Virus record (IMG/VR): IMGVR_UViG_3300021364_000027
Span: 1-55,858 of that record
Reading direction: 5' to 3' (one strand)
Source: a virus
Taxonomy: Duplodnaviria > Caudoviricetes
DNA: 55,858 bases
A model generated the notes under the pieces. It ran no database searches. It was not told the DNA's origin and saw nothing but the letters and a program-made list of their open reading frames with translations. Within the stretch, counting starts at the first letter, position 1; every line of letters begins with the position of its first letter. Position numbers and translations under genes: made by a program. Shown here piece by piece: positions 19,140-28,982 of the stretch.

Positions 19140-20191
19140 ATGCGATTAAATTAACCAAGCCTGAACCTATGATGATTACATGGGATATAGGCAGGCGTTG
19201 TAATTTTGACTGTACTTATTGCGAAAGTACAAGACACAATACCTACAGTCCTCCTACTAGTTGGGAAAATTTATGTTCCACACTGGATTTTATAAAACAA
19301 TACACAAGATTATATAATCAACCCAATGCTAACATAGGATTTACAGGAGGTGAGCCAACTGTAAATCCACGATTCTGGGACTTTGTGGAAAAAATTAACA
19401 ACGAAACTGAGTTTCAAGTTGGCATGACCAGCAACGGTACATGGCCAGAAAAGCATATTAACTTTATAAAAGATAATTTTGTAGGTATAACACTGAGTTA
19501 TCATGCTGAAGCAAATCTTTTTAGCAAAGAACGCACCATTGATAACGCTATACTGGTAAAACAAGCAGGAATGTGGCTTACTGTGAATGTAATGATGCAC
19601 ACTGACCACTGGGACGAATGTGTTGAAGTTCACGAAAAACTCAAATCACACGGTATAGACAGCAAACCTACCATGATTGGTGATGGCAACCTTGGTGTCA
19701 CAGATTGGTTTGAGGACACAGAAGGTGTAAAACGTAGAACCAGTCACCCGTATACCAAACAACAACAAGAATGGTATCTACGAGAAAAAGGTTTACCCTC
19801 AGATATAGTGGAAAAAATTGCTGAAGGCTATGAATTACCAAGAGGTTGCTGTGGTGCTAGAAGCATAGAAGGCAGTTGCAATGGCTGTTGGCAAAATGTT
19901 GAAGCAGTGAACACCAACTTCCAAGGATGGTACTGTGCTGTTAATCGTTATTTTCTACATATCGATCAACACACAGAAAAAGTATATCATCATCAAACCT
20001 GTCAAACCAGTTTCAGTGGCAGGAAAGGAGCAATAGGTAGACTCAGCAATCCTGATGGTATACTGAACTATGCTTATGAAAACAGAGATAGAATCATACG
20101 CTGCCCACACAGTAGATGTGGTTGCGGTATGTGTGTGCCCAAAGCTAGGTCACTTGATGTTTTTCGACAAATTGTTGGCTCGGGTTTGTAG
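19130..20191 (+). CDS. Radical SAM protein (clade C, Cys-rich variant)
   Basis: WDIGRRCNFDCTYC, TGGEPT, RGCC, FQGWYC, CPHSRCGCGMCVPK. Confidence 0.9.
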   Translation: MEVDAIKLTKPEPMMITWDIGRRCNFDCTYCESTRHNTYSPPTSWENLCSTLDFIKQYTRLYNQPNANIGFTGGEPTVNPRFWDFVEKINNETEFQVGMTSNGTWPEKHINFIKDNFVGITLSYHAEANLFSKERTIDNAILVKQAGMWLTVNVMMHTDHWDECVEVHEKLKSHGIDSKPTMIGDGNLGVTDWFEDTEGVKRRTSHPYTKQQQEWYLREKGLPSDIVEKIAEGYELPRGCCGARSIEGSCNGCWQNVEAVNTNFQGWYCAVNRYFLHIDQHTEKVYHHQTCQTSFSGRKGAIGRLSNPDGILNYAYENRDRIIRCPHSRCGCGMCVPKARSLDVFRQIVGSGL

Positions 20192-21191
20192 TTAGATTGC
20201 CACAGGTTCTAGCACAGGTATACAATTTATGTGTAGTCCAATAGCGTTTCCACACTGATGTATATCCAGGCTTGCTGATAACTTGTTTGATGCTTTGTTT
20301 GCGTAGATTTGTGTTGCCCATGTCAGCTATCAAAAACTCGTATTGACTTTTGATTTTTTGTTTTGCTTCGTACAACGGATCTTGTCTGTTATGATAATTG
20401 TAGGGTATGCTGGCTAAAAAGCAGCAAGGCATTAAATCTAAATGTGCGTCTATGTAAACTTCACGTTGCTTTTTTGCCCAACAGTCTATCACACTTGCTT
20501 CTACTAGATCTGGTATTTGTTGAGGGTCAATAGGTTGTGTGGGCATGTGCGGTTCCAATGTGTCTATAACATGTCCTAGATTGTTTTTTACATCGAAGCT
20601 GTTTTCAAAAGCAAATCTACTGCTGTCTTTCACAGAAAAATATTTGAACTCATAGTATTTTGAAACTTCTTGTGCTGCTTTTACTTGGTCAGCATTGTGT
20701 TTGAATCTTATCATGCTCCATTCTGCTGTGCCGCCGGCATTGATAAATGCTCTGGCATTGTTTATGATTTTGTTATAGTCTGTATTGATTCTATATCTGC
20801 TGTGTGTATTAGCTAATCCGTCTATGGCAAAAACAACTTTGTGTTCTGCGGGCAAATGTTTTGGTAGGTCTTTCCACCAACGTTCATTTCGCAAACTACC
20901 ATTGGTGTGTATGTCGATATAGATATCATCATCCTTTACCCAGTCTAACATTTTAACTAGATGAAAGTTCAATAGAGGATCGCCAAAGTTGCCACAGAAT
21001 GTAATTTTTTCAATTTGTCTCTTGACTTCTTGATCAAAAACCTGTATAAAGTCATTAACAGTCCAGTCTGCTTCACGTAGCAAAGGATTTTCTATGCCGC
21101 CATGACGGTTCCTACTACACATAGGACACTGTGCTTGGCAACGATTTGATATTTCTATGTGAACACTTTTGAGATCTGTAAAACTAAACAC
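20145..21191 (-). CDS. Radical SAM protein (clade B)
   Basis: CQAQCPMCSRN, FCGNFGDP, HTNGSLR, FAIDGL, LMPCCF, CARTCG. Confidence 0.9.
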   Translation of the reverse strand: MFSFTDLKSVHIEISNRCQAQCPMCSRNRHGGIENPLLREADWTVNDFIQVFDQEVKRQIEKITFCGNFGDPLLNFHLVKMLDWVKDDDIYIDIHTNGSLRNERWWKDLPKHLPAEHKVVFAIDGLANTHSRYRINTDYNKIINNARAFINAGGTAEWSMIRFKHNADQVKAAQEVSKYYEFKYFSVKDSSRFAFENSFDVKNNLGHVIDTLEPHMPTQPIDPQQIPDLVEASVIDCWAKKQREVYIDAHLDLMPCCFLASIPYNYHNRQDPLYEAKQKIKSQYEFLIADMGNTNLRKQSIKQVISKPGYTSVWKRYWTTHKLYTCARTCGNLTTNPSQQFVEKHQVT

Positions 21192-21195
21192 TTTT

Positions 21196-21225
21196 TATTT
21201 ATATGCGCACTTAATGAACTAAATA
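21196..21225. promoter_or_regulatory. Divergent pair of TAAATA late-type motifs
   Basis: Minus: TATAAATA-aaaa-GTG(21191). Plus: TAAATA-ccat-ATG(21230). Confidence 0.7.
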
Positions 21226-21229
21226 CCAT

Positions 21230-21979
21230 ATGGATCACACTGAATTTTATCAGCAGTACAAAGATGCCGCAACAGAATTACATCCACTTCCAGATTATGA
21301 TTTAGAAGATCAAGCACGTTGGATTATTTCAGGAAATGGCTATCAATATCTAGAATTAGACTGGATGTTCCCAACCAATAAGTGGCAAAAGGAAAGCAGT
21401 TTTGCTGAACCTTATTATGTAGCACACAGAGACGAAGCCACAGGAGAAGGCACACACCATGGATGGAGTAGTTGTGTACTACACGGTATAGGCGTGGACA
21501 AAACCAATGTATATCAAACATATGGATATGAAACAGAACCTGAATATAGTTGGACAGAACTAGGAGAAAAGTGTAAAAGCATACGCATGTTTTTTGACAC
21601 TGTGTTTCCAGCAGAACGCTTTGCTAGAATACGTTTTATGAGATTAGCACCAGGAGGTTGGATATCACCACACAATGACTTTTCACCTATGGTGACTTCT
21701 GAAAATCTTTTTGACTTTCCAATACCTGTTAACATTGCTGTGGATCATCCCAACGATTGTCACATGACCTTAAAAGATGCTGGTGTAGTTCCTTTTGAGT
21801 CTGGCAAGATGTGTTTGGTAAACATATTCCGTGATCACAGTGTGGTAAACTTCAGTGACCGTCCAAGAATACACATTATCGCCCACTGTTATTTGGGCAA
21901 TCGCAAGAAAGAGTACTGTCAATTAATTGTAGATAGTTATCGTAAACAACATGAACGTATATCCAAGCAAATTCACTGA
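21230..21979 (+). CDS. Asp/Asn beta-hydroxylase family Fe(II)/2OG oxygenase
   Basis: RIRFMRLAPGGWISPHND..HSVVNFSDRPRIHII. Confidence 0.8.
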   Translation: MDHTEFYQQYKDAATELHPLPDYDLEDQARWIISGNGYQYLELDWMFPTNKWQKESSFAEPYYVAHRDEATGEGTHHGWSSCVLHGIGVDKTNVYQTYGYETEPEYSWTELGEKCKSIRMFFDTVFPAERFARIRFMRLAPGGWISPHNDFSPMVTSENLFDFPIPVNIAVDHPNDCHMTLKDAGVVPFESGKMCLVNIFRDHSVVNFSDRPRIHIIAHCYLGNRKKEYCQLIVDSYRKQHERISKQIH

Positions 21980-23108
21980 TAATAAAACCTGTGTATGTAT
22001 TGTAAACGATATTGCTGAATACACTGTGGATCGTCAACTGGTTGTAAATCGTGCTGACTACACAATCAGCAACTTAACTGGCATGGGTTATACTGTGTTT
22101 GAACACACTAATGTAGACAAACTGCTACAACGTGCCTGTGGCAAATACGATCGTGCTGTTGTAATCAGTGCTGGCACAGAATTCATCAACGGCACACAGT
22201 TTTTTGACACCCATCCTGAAGAATACGATTTGCTGTGCCATATACTAGACGGTGGCGATGCTTACTATGGCATACACCCTCAGTGTTTCAGTATCAACTT
22301 AAAAACATATGTAGACCTAGGCTGCCCTGAGTTTGGTCAAGCTGAATATTTTACAGATTACCAAGAACTGGAACCAATCCGCAGTCACGATAGCATACAT
22401 GATGGTTATTTGCCCAGTTGGATTGGTGCTGGAAAAATAATTGTAAACTATAAACACAAACAAGCAGGTTGGAATTTGATAAAGACACTGCTGGACAATC
22501 ACCGCACCATTGCTGCGTATAGCAAAGATCAACGTGAGGGAAAGTTTTATCAATACAGATCAGGAGAAACTACCGGCTATATCTACCAAAAATATAACTA
22601 CTGTCTGACTACACACGTACATACTCAGGCTACAGGTAAGCCCGACTATCCAAGAGTATATGATACACCTGTTATGCGTCTCGTAGCGCCTGCTAATCCT
22701 GCTGCTGCTGAACAACGTGGCCCTGCTGCTGAACACATTTATTATGATTACAATTTGTCAGCACTAGAAGCAGCAGGAGGCGGCATACACGTTGATCCTA
22801 TAAACACACCTGATGACTTTGTAGCACACATACCCAAAGACAATCCGCAAGGCACAGTGATTGACATGAGCAACGTTTTTTGTTATGAAGGTACTGCTGC
22901 CATGTACAGTTTGCGTTATAGAGTAGCTCAAGAGAATCGTTTAATAGAATTGCTACAACAAGAACTAGGTGATGCTACTGTTATATTTGATCAACGGGCA
23001 GCAGAGGGTATACAGCCTTGGATAGCTGAAACAGGGCTTGTGAAAGATCTTACTCTGACTGACTATAATTCTCTAGATTTGCCATCATGGCATCAAACTG
23101 TGATTTAG
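21951..23108 (+). CDS. Hypothetical protein
   Basis: 385-aa ORF overlapping and co-oriented with the hydroxylase; no confident motif. Confidence 0.7.
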   Translation: MNVYPSKFTDNKTCVCIVNDIAEYTVDRQLVVNRADYTISNLTGMGYTVFEHTNVDKLLQRACGKYDRAVVISAGTEFINGTQFFDTHPEEYDLLCHILDGGDAYYGIHPQCFSINLKTYVDLGCPEFGQAEYFTDYQELEPIRSHDSIHDGYLPSWIGAGKIIVNYKHKQAGWNLIKTLLDNHRTIAAYSKDQREGKFYQYRSGETTGYIYQKYNYCLTTHVHTQATGKPDYPRVYDTPVMRLVAPANPAAAEQRGPAAEHIYYDYNLSALEAAGGGIHVDPINTPDDFVAHIPKDNPQGTVIDMSNVFCYEGTAAMYSLRYRVAQENRLIELLQQELGDATVIFDQRAAEGIQPWIAETGLVKDLTLTDYNSLDLPSWHQTVI

Positions 23109-24087
23109 TCCGTGCTTTAGGCGCACATATGCCACACCAACAACTGCTCTTTTTACACACAATACCATTGCTGTGCATCTTTGCAAAGATACTTTCAGTA
23201 TCGCTTAGATATCCAATAGGTCCAACTTGGTTATCGTAATTCATTTTACAATCTTTATTTGTAAATACTTCGCCTGTGTTTTGCCTTATGTACAAAAAGT
23301 TGTCTGCAACACTGCATGTCCAACCTTTAAATTTATTATTAACATAGTTGGTCATACAGCCGCTGGCACATAAATCTTTTTTACTGCAACAACTACGTCC
23401 TTCTGCACTCAAGTTTAATCCTTTGACTAACAAATGAGCAAGTTTATCTTTGGTTGTTATTTTTCTGCCAAGCAAGTATTCACTTTGTTCTGCATTGTAA
23501 TTAAAACGCATATCTAGCCAATGATGATCAATTTGTCTTGGTACACACTTTATATCATTTGCAGCACACCATTCAATCATTTCTATACAAGTATCCCAGT
23601 GTTTAGGATGCATCATTATTGCTACATGAAAGTTTTTGTTTTTTTCTTTTAGGTATAAAATATTTGCTTTTACTAGATTGTGTTGCTTTTCACTTGCTTC
23701 TGCATGAAAACTTATGGTCATAAAGTCTGTATATGTGCAAATCCTACTCCATAAGTTTTTACCAACAACTGCATTGGTAATAAAACTTACACCCAGATAA
23801 TAATCATGTTCTTGCTTTTTTTGATTTATATATTTTAATATATGTATTATACTAGGATGAAATAAACTTTCTCCACCTTGTATGTTTAAATTTGCTTTTT
23901 GTACATTTTTGCGTTTTAAATATTCTAATATAAAGTCAATTGTATTTAGAGAATTTGCCAATGGCGGATGTTCTGTGCGATTATCATGTCCGTCTCCACA
24001 ATAACTGCAATCAAGATTGCATTTCAGTGTGCTTTCCCATGCAACTTGAAATATGTTTTTTGTATATGGGTGTAAAGTATCAAACAT
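23050..24087 (-). CDS. Radical SAM protein (clade C, Cys-rich variant)
   Basis: WESTLKCNLDCSYC, GGE, RSCC, FKGWTC, CKKSSCWCGICAPK; paralogue of 19130-20191. Confidence 0.9.
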   Translation of the reverse strand: MFDTLHPYTKNIFQVAWESTLKCNLDCSYCGDGHDNRTEHPPLANSLNTIDFILEYLKRKNVQKANLNIQGGESLFHPSIIHILKYINQKKQEHDYYLGVSFITNAVVGKNLWSRICTYTDFMTISFHAEASEKQHNLVKANILYLKEKNKNFHVAIMMHPKHWDTCIEMIEWCAANDIKCVPRQIDHHWLDMRFNYNAEQSEYLLGRKITTKDKLAHLLVKGLNLSAEGRSCCSKKDLCASGCMTNYVNNKFKGWTCSVADNFLYIRQNTGEVFTNKDCKMNYDNQVGPIGYLSDTESIFAKMHSNGIVCKKSSCWCGICAPKARTKSQFDAMMANLENYSQSE

Positions 24088-24988
24088 GTTCCCTCCACTT
24101 AGTAGTAATTGTTTCGCCGCTGCATGGACATGTATACTTACTACATTTTATAGATTTGATTTCTATATCAGGTAAATCATATATGTTGTAGCCAAGATCA
24201 GTTCCGCAATTGCCACCAACATTCCCTTGTCTATCTATTTTAACAATATCAACACCCAAATTACACTGCCAGCCCTCAAAGTGATTGAGGTTGTTTACCA
24301 CAAAGTAGTTGTCGTCAGTGTGTGTTTCACCGTCTATACTGAATTTGGTTCTTGGCTTGCGTTGAACTTCGGTATACCAATCCATATCAGGATATTGCTT
24401 GATTGGATTACGCACATACTCTAATTGTTCTTCGTTGTAGCGATGTTCGCCGTCATATAAAACAGTCTTTGCAAGCACAGGAAACGGCTTGCAACCGCCT
24501 ACTACAGCGTCTACAAGGCGCTTACAGCGCCCGAAGTGTTCAGGATCCATCAATACGTCAATATTTGTTTCTACACGGTAATCGTATAACAGTTCAGCAA
24601 CTGACTTACAATGGGCAGGATCTCCTGATTCATGATGTAAACTGATATGGACCACATCAAAACAATGCCAGTGTCTTCTCCACCAACTAAGACTTTGACT
24701 AGCATTGGTACTCAAACATATTTTAATATCGTGTGCCATTTTAAGTGTATTACACAGACGTGGCAAGTGTTTCCACAGTGTAGGCTCACCTCCTATCAGA
24801 TACAATCTAGTAGGTCTGTCGTGTTGTTTAATATATTTTAGCAGTGCTGTTTCTAATCGATCTACATCAGGCCAGCGCACTGTGCCTTCATTAGCACCTG
24901 GGAAACAATAGCTACACTTGTAATTACAAGTATTGCCCAAGTCCAATTCAATGACAAAATCTGTATCGTGGTTTTCAATAGATATCAT
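24080..24988 (-). CDS. Radical SAM protein (clade C)
   Basis: LGNTCNYKCSYC, GGEPT, FEGWQCNLG, CSKYTCPC. Confidence 0.9.
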   Translation of the reverse strand: MISIENHDTDFVIELDLGNTCNYKCSYCFPGANEGTVRWPDVDRLETALLKYIKQHDRPTRLYLIGGEPTLWKHLPRLCNTLKMAHDIKICLSTNASQSLSWWRRHWHCFDVVHISLHHESGDPAHCKSVAELLYDYRVETNIDVLMDPEHFGRCKRLVDAVVGGCKPFPVLAKTVLYDGEHRYNEEQLEYVRNPIKQYPDMDWYTEVQRKPRTKFSIDGETHTDDNYFVVNNLNHFEGWQCNLGVDIVKIDRQGNVGGNCGTDLGYNIYDLPDIEIKSIKCSKYTCPCSGETITTKWREHV

Positions 24989-26364
24989 AACAAGTGAGCT
25001 AATTCAGGAAATACATCTTTAGCATTAACTCCTCTAATAGCATCAAGTTTGTTTACATACTCTTTAAATCCTGGCAGCAAATGGCTCTTGTCGTCTGCGT
25101 CCATATGATTCAATATTGCTGCCCATCGTCTCCAACCATAAGGATTTTGTTCCCAAAAGGTAAAATCTGTTGTCCAATTATCTTTCAGGTAGTTTTTGAA
25201 TTTACCAAACAATTCACGTATTTCTGCTTTGTCTTCTTTGGGCAATATTTGTATGCTCAAAAACGTTGGAATGTATAGTAGGTGCATATTTACTAAACCA
25301 CCACCTGCTTTTACACCTCGAATTTCTTCTGTGTTGACTTTTTTGAAATTCTGTGATATTTTCCAATGTATAAAATCTGGCAAATGTTTTATGTTGAAAA
25401 TTTGTATAGCAGTAGCAATACTTGGACGTATGTTGTCTGGTGTATTATCCAGCATGTGTAAGTTGCGCTCTACTGTTTCCCAGTCAGTAGGATAGCGTAT
25501 GTAGTTGTTGCGTGGTCCAGCAGCGTCCATGCTGACACCCACTTTTACTATTTCAAAATGACGCCACAAATCAATTAAATCTTTATCAACCAGTATGCCA
25601 TTTGTATTGTAGCGTAAACGTATACGTTTATTATATCCTTGTCTGACAATTTCTTCGATGAACTTTTTGTGTTCAGCAATCATTAGTGGTTCACCACCAG
25701 CAAAGTATACCTCACGTAAATTGGGTATTTGTTTATATAAGTCGTCCCAGAATATTTCTTGTTCGTGCCACTTGTTATTAAAAGCAGCTTTGTCCCACTG
25801 CATTTGTCTTTTGACTTCTGGATCTTCCAACTGTGGTTCTAATACTTTCCAGTCCTTTACCCACTTGCTGCTGTCATGTGGTGAACACATTACACATTTG
25901 ATATTACAGGTGTGCCCTAATCGTAAATCTAAATATTTTAATTCTTCTTTGTAGTATCCATCTGTGTGTGTTTCGTTTAATAAATCTTGTATATCAAGAC
26001 CACGTTCCATCCACGTTCCTGTTTCCCACACACGTTTGCTTACTACACCTTTTGATTCTTCAGCAAAACATTTACTACAACTTGCAGGTATTTTTCCGTC
26101 CATCATAGTGCGTCTTACACCACGCATGTATTCACTGTTCCATGCTTCCATAGGTGATGTTGTCGCAAAGTTTATATGCTGTCCGCTATCGTCTTTTACA
26201 ATACCTACTGTGTGATCTGTACCTGCTCCGCTGGCGTTAGCACTACAGCACAAACGCATATCTCCATTAGGGCGTGTTGCCATATGTATCCAAGGCAAAG
26301 CGCAAAATGTTTCTGTTGCTTCTGCTTTTAATCTATTATTAAATAAATCTAAAAAATCTTTCAT
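24985..26364 (-). CDS. Radical SAM protein (clade A)
   Basis: FCALPWIH..GDMRLCC..CSKC, CNIKCVMC, YFAGGEPL, YIRYP. Confidence 0.9.
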   Translation of the reverse strand: MKDFLDLFNNRLKAEATETFCALPWIHMATRPNGDMRLCCSANASGAGTDHTVGIVKDDSGQHINFATTSPMEAWNSEYMRGVRRTMMDGKIPASCSKCFAEESKGVVSKRVWETGTWMERGLDIQDLLNETHTDGYYKEELKYLDLRLGHTCNIKCVMCSPHDSSKWVKDWKVLEPQLEDPEVKRQMQWDKAAFNNKWHEQEIFWDDLYKQIPNLREVYFAGGEPLMIAEHKKFIEEIVRQGYNKRIRLRYNTNGILVDKDLIDLWRHFEIVKVGVSMDAAGPRNNYIRYPTDWETVERNLHMLDNTPDNIRPSIATAIQIFNIKHLPDFIHWKISQNFKKVNTEEIRGVKAGGGLVNMHLLYIPTFLSIQILPKEDKAEIRELFGKFKNYLKDNWTTDFTFWEQNPYGWRRWAAILNHMDADDKSHLLPGFKEYVNKLDAIRGVNAKDVFPELAHLL

Positions 26365-26966
26365 TTGCGCCCAATCAATAAGTATCTATCATACAGCGGA
26401 AGTTTTAGTGTATCTTTGTACATAATATCTCCTAGTCCGCTGTTGTCGGCAAATTGATGTAGACTATCGTAGCACCTTACATGATCAGGCACTTCTTTAT
26501 AATTGTTATTTTGCAGCACAACCAAACAATTATCAGGCACATTGCTCAACCAAAGGTTGTATTGTTCTTGTGTAATATGCTCTGTGCTTGTGTTAATAAC
26601 TACGTCAGGCTCATATTCGTATTTATACTCGCACATGTCTGCTGTAATTGCCGTAAACTTGCCTATCATTTCTTGACTTTTACATATCATGTTTGCTGTT
26701 TCTTCGCAGCTAGGATCAATATCAATGCTGCGTATGTCATTAATATCAAGTCTGCTGTTGAATAGTAAACTACTTAACACTCCGTTCCAGCCACCATGTA
26801 TTACTATGTTTAATGGTTTTATAGGTGTGTAGCCACTTAGTTTTTCAATAAGCCAAACTTTGCTTTTTATTTGACCTTTCCAAAAACTTTCAAGCACTCC
26901 AAAATGATTTTCGCTGTTGCGCACAGCGTCCATCCAAAATGCTACATCGTCCAAGTTTACCAGCAT
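26361..26966 (-). CDS. Class I SAM-dependent methyltransferase-like protein
   Basis: GQIKSKVWL, IHGGWNG, SIDIDP, ADM, INTSTEH. Confidence 0.75.
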   Translation of the reverse strand: MLVNLDDVAFWMDAVRNSENHFGVLESFWKGQIKSKVWLIEKLSGYTPIKPLNIVIHGGWNGVLSSLLFNSRLDINDIRSIDIDPSCEETANMICKSQEMIGKFTAITADMCEYKYEYEPDVVINTSTEHITQEQYNLWLSNVPDNCLVVLQNNNYKEVPDHVRCYDSLHQFADNSGLGDIMYKDTLKLPLYDRYLLIGRK

Positions 26967-28045
26967 GTTTTAATCATTTCTTTTCTTATTTTTTGGAAGT
27001 GCTTAAAATTATGTTTACGTATTTCTAATGTAATGCTGTTTAGTTCTTCCACACTATACTTAGTAATTGTATTATACAACGTTTCTGTGGCTTTGTAAAG
27101 TCTTTTATCATCTGGTAGTTCGTCATAACTTTCATCCCATATACTATCAAAAGTTTTAAAACCAAGCTCACGTAAATATTTTAAACTATACTGTGGGCCT
27201 ACAAGAACAAATGCTTGTTTACATACAATCGGTTTCCATATTTTTTCACTAAAAAATATATGATGATGTAAGTTGTGTTCTTTTCCATAATGTGTTTCAG
27301 TCACTAAATTAATTAAACATTCGTTGTAAATCATTCTATTGTAATCGTGCGGTCTGCTACCACGAGAAAAATCTTCTGTATCAAAATTTAATGGTAATTT
27401 TGTTTTTGTAATTTCTTTTTGATTATTCAGTATCTTACCTATTTCTTGTGTATAATTTTGATTATAAGACATAACATTTTGTACATATGGCATACGTTCA
27501 TGATAAGTTTCGTACTGTGTGTCTAAACAAGTGACTATGCCTTGATCTAATATATCAAAATAATCTAATAATGTCACTGTTTGTAATCTATGCGGATGAG
27601 GACGATTGTTAAGACAACAAAAGTATGTTGCTTTTTTATATTCAATTTTATGTAAACGATAATCAATTAGGTTATCGTACACTCTATGATACCATTCTGG
27701 GTAATAGAATGTTTTAAAATTTCCAGAAAGTGGCCATTTAGCATATTCTTTATCTGCATCTAAAAGAGAAGTTGCAAAAAATACTTTTCCATGTAGATTA
27801 TTGTTTACAACAAAACTATCAATTTTTGAAAATCTACGTAAAGCAAATCCTTCTAAAATATCATGTAATATTAAAAACACATTTGGTTTGTCCAATTCTT
27901 TCAAGTAATCTAGCTCTTCTCGTCGTCTAAAATGTTCAATAAAAAAATATTTTCCGTTGCCTTGCCATTGTTCATAAGGCAAGTATTCTAAGCCAAATGG
28001 GTTTGTATATCTTGTATGTTTTTTATTTGAATACACGTTCAGCAA
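26957..28045 (-). CDS. Putative glycosyltransferase (GT10-like motif family, copy 1)
   Basis: CLNNRPHPHR, NLVTET..FSEKIWKP..LRELGFKTF..WDESYD. Confidence 0.5.
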   Translation of the reverse strand: MLNVYSNKKHTRYTNPFGLEYLPYEQWQGNGKYFFIEHFRRREELDYLKELDKPNVFLILHDILEGFALRRFSKIDSFVVNNNLHGKVFFATSLLDADKEYAKWPLSGNFKTFYYPEWYHRVYDNLIDYRLHKIEYKKATYFCCLNNRPHPHRLQTVTLLDYFDILDQGIVTCLDTQYETYHERMPYVQNVMSYNQNYTQEIGKILNNQKEITKTKLPLNFDTEDFSRGSRPHDYNRMIYNECLINLVTETHYGKEHNLHHHIFFSEKIWKPIVCKQAFVLVGPQYSLKYLRELGFKTFDSIWDESYDELPDDKRLYKATETLYNTITKYSVEELNSITLEIRKHNFKHFQKIRKEMIKTCW

Positions 28046-28982
28046 CCTTAAAATTATGTCTACGTATTTTAAAAGTTATATTATTTAATTCTTCTAATGT
28101 ATAATTTTCATACAAATGTTTAAGTTGATCTATAGCAGCAAACATTCTTTTATCATTACTCATATTGTCATAACTTTCGTCAATGATGCTGTCGAATGTT
28201 TTGAATCCTTTTGTTTTTAAATATTGCAAAGAATGTTTTTGCCCAATTAAAATTAGTATTTGTCCTGCAAACATAGGTTTAATAATCTTTTCAGTAAGAA
28301 ATAAACCTGGTTCATGATAAAATGTTTCAGACGTTAAATTTACTAGGCTATTATAAATTTTTGGATTTAGGTCAAGGGGTTTACTATGTTGTAATCTGTC
28401 ATCTTGCTCAACATAATCTATATGTAAAGGTATTTTGCTTTCTGTATCTTTAATATATTTTGCAACCTTTTCAGGTAATATATCTGGCTCCATACATCTT
28501 TGCGTAAATTGATTTGCACTGGTTTTTTCGATTTCTCTAAAACTAACTTTACCTTTGTCTAATAGTTTTAAATAATTCATATAAACCAAAGATTGACATC
28601 TATGTGAGTGTTGCCTATTGTTTAAAAAACAGAAAAAGTTTTTCTTTTTATATTTAGGAGAGGCATGATTACCACGAAAATGAGTTGCAAAAGTTTTAAA
28701 ATGAATATTATAAACTTTAACAGAATAAAGTTTTGGCTTAGATGTTTGTTTTAACCATTTTTTATATAAACTTTCAACATGAAAATTACCGCTCAAATAA
28801 ACAAGTCTACATTTCATATTGTATTTTTTATAAAATACGTGCAAATTTAAAAAATGATTCCAACAGTCTCCTTCGCTATTATTATCAACTACAACTGTAC
28901 TCTTAGGATTCTTAACAGCTCTCAAATATTTACTAGGAAGAATTAAAGGCTCGTGATAATTTAGGTCAATATGCTCTGCCAA
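28023..28982 (-). CDS. Putative glycosyltransferase (GT10-like motif family, copy 2)
   Basis: FLNNRQHSHR, NLTSET..FLTEKIIKP..GFKTF..IDESYD. Confidence 0.5.
   Translation of the reverse strand: MAEHIDLNYHEPLILPSKYLRAVKNPKSTVVVDNNSEGDCWNHFLNLHVFYKKYNMKCRLVYLSGNFHVESLYKKWLKQTSKPKLYSVKVYNIHFKTFATHFRGNHASPKYKKKNFFCFLNNRQHSHRCQSLVYMNYLKLLDKGKVSFREIEKTSANQFTQRCMEPDILPEKVAKYIKDTESKIPLHIDYVEQDDRLQHSKPLDLNPKIYNSLVNLTSETFYHEPGLFLTEKIIKPMFAGQILILIGQKHSLQYLKTKGFKTFDSIIDESYDNMSNDKRMFAAIDQLKHLYENYTLEELNNITFKIRRHNFKVAERVFK

Noticed and set aside
17005-20191. Calling the radical SAMs next to the QueC-like gene QueE, MoaA, NrdG or anaerobic sulfatase maturase
   Set aside because: They belong to the same expanded paralogue clades as the rest and lack family-specific features, so no gene symbols were assigned
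21951-23108. Possible GT or methyltransferase remnants in the 385-aa ORF
   Set aside because: Motif similarity was too weak to support by eye; left as hypothetical
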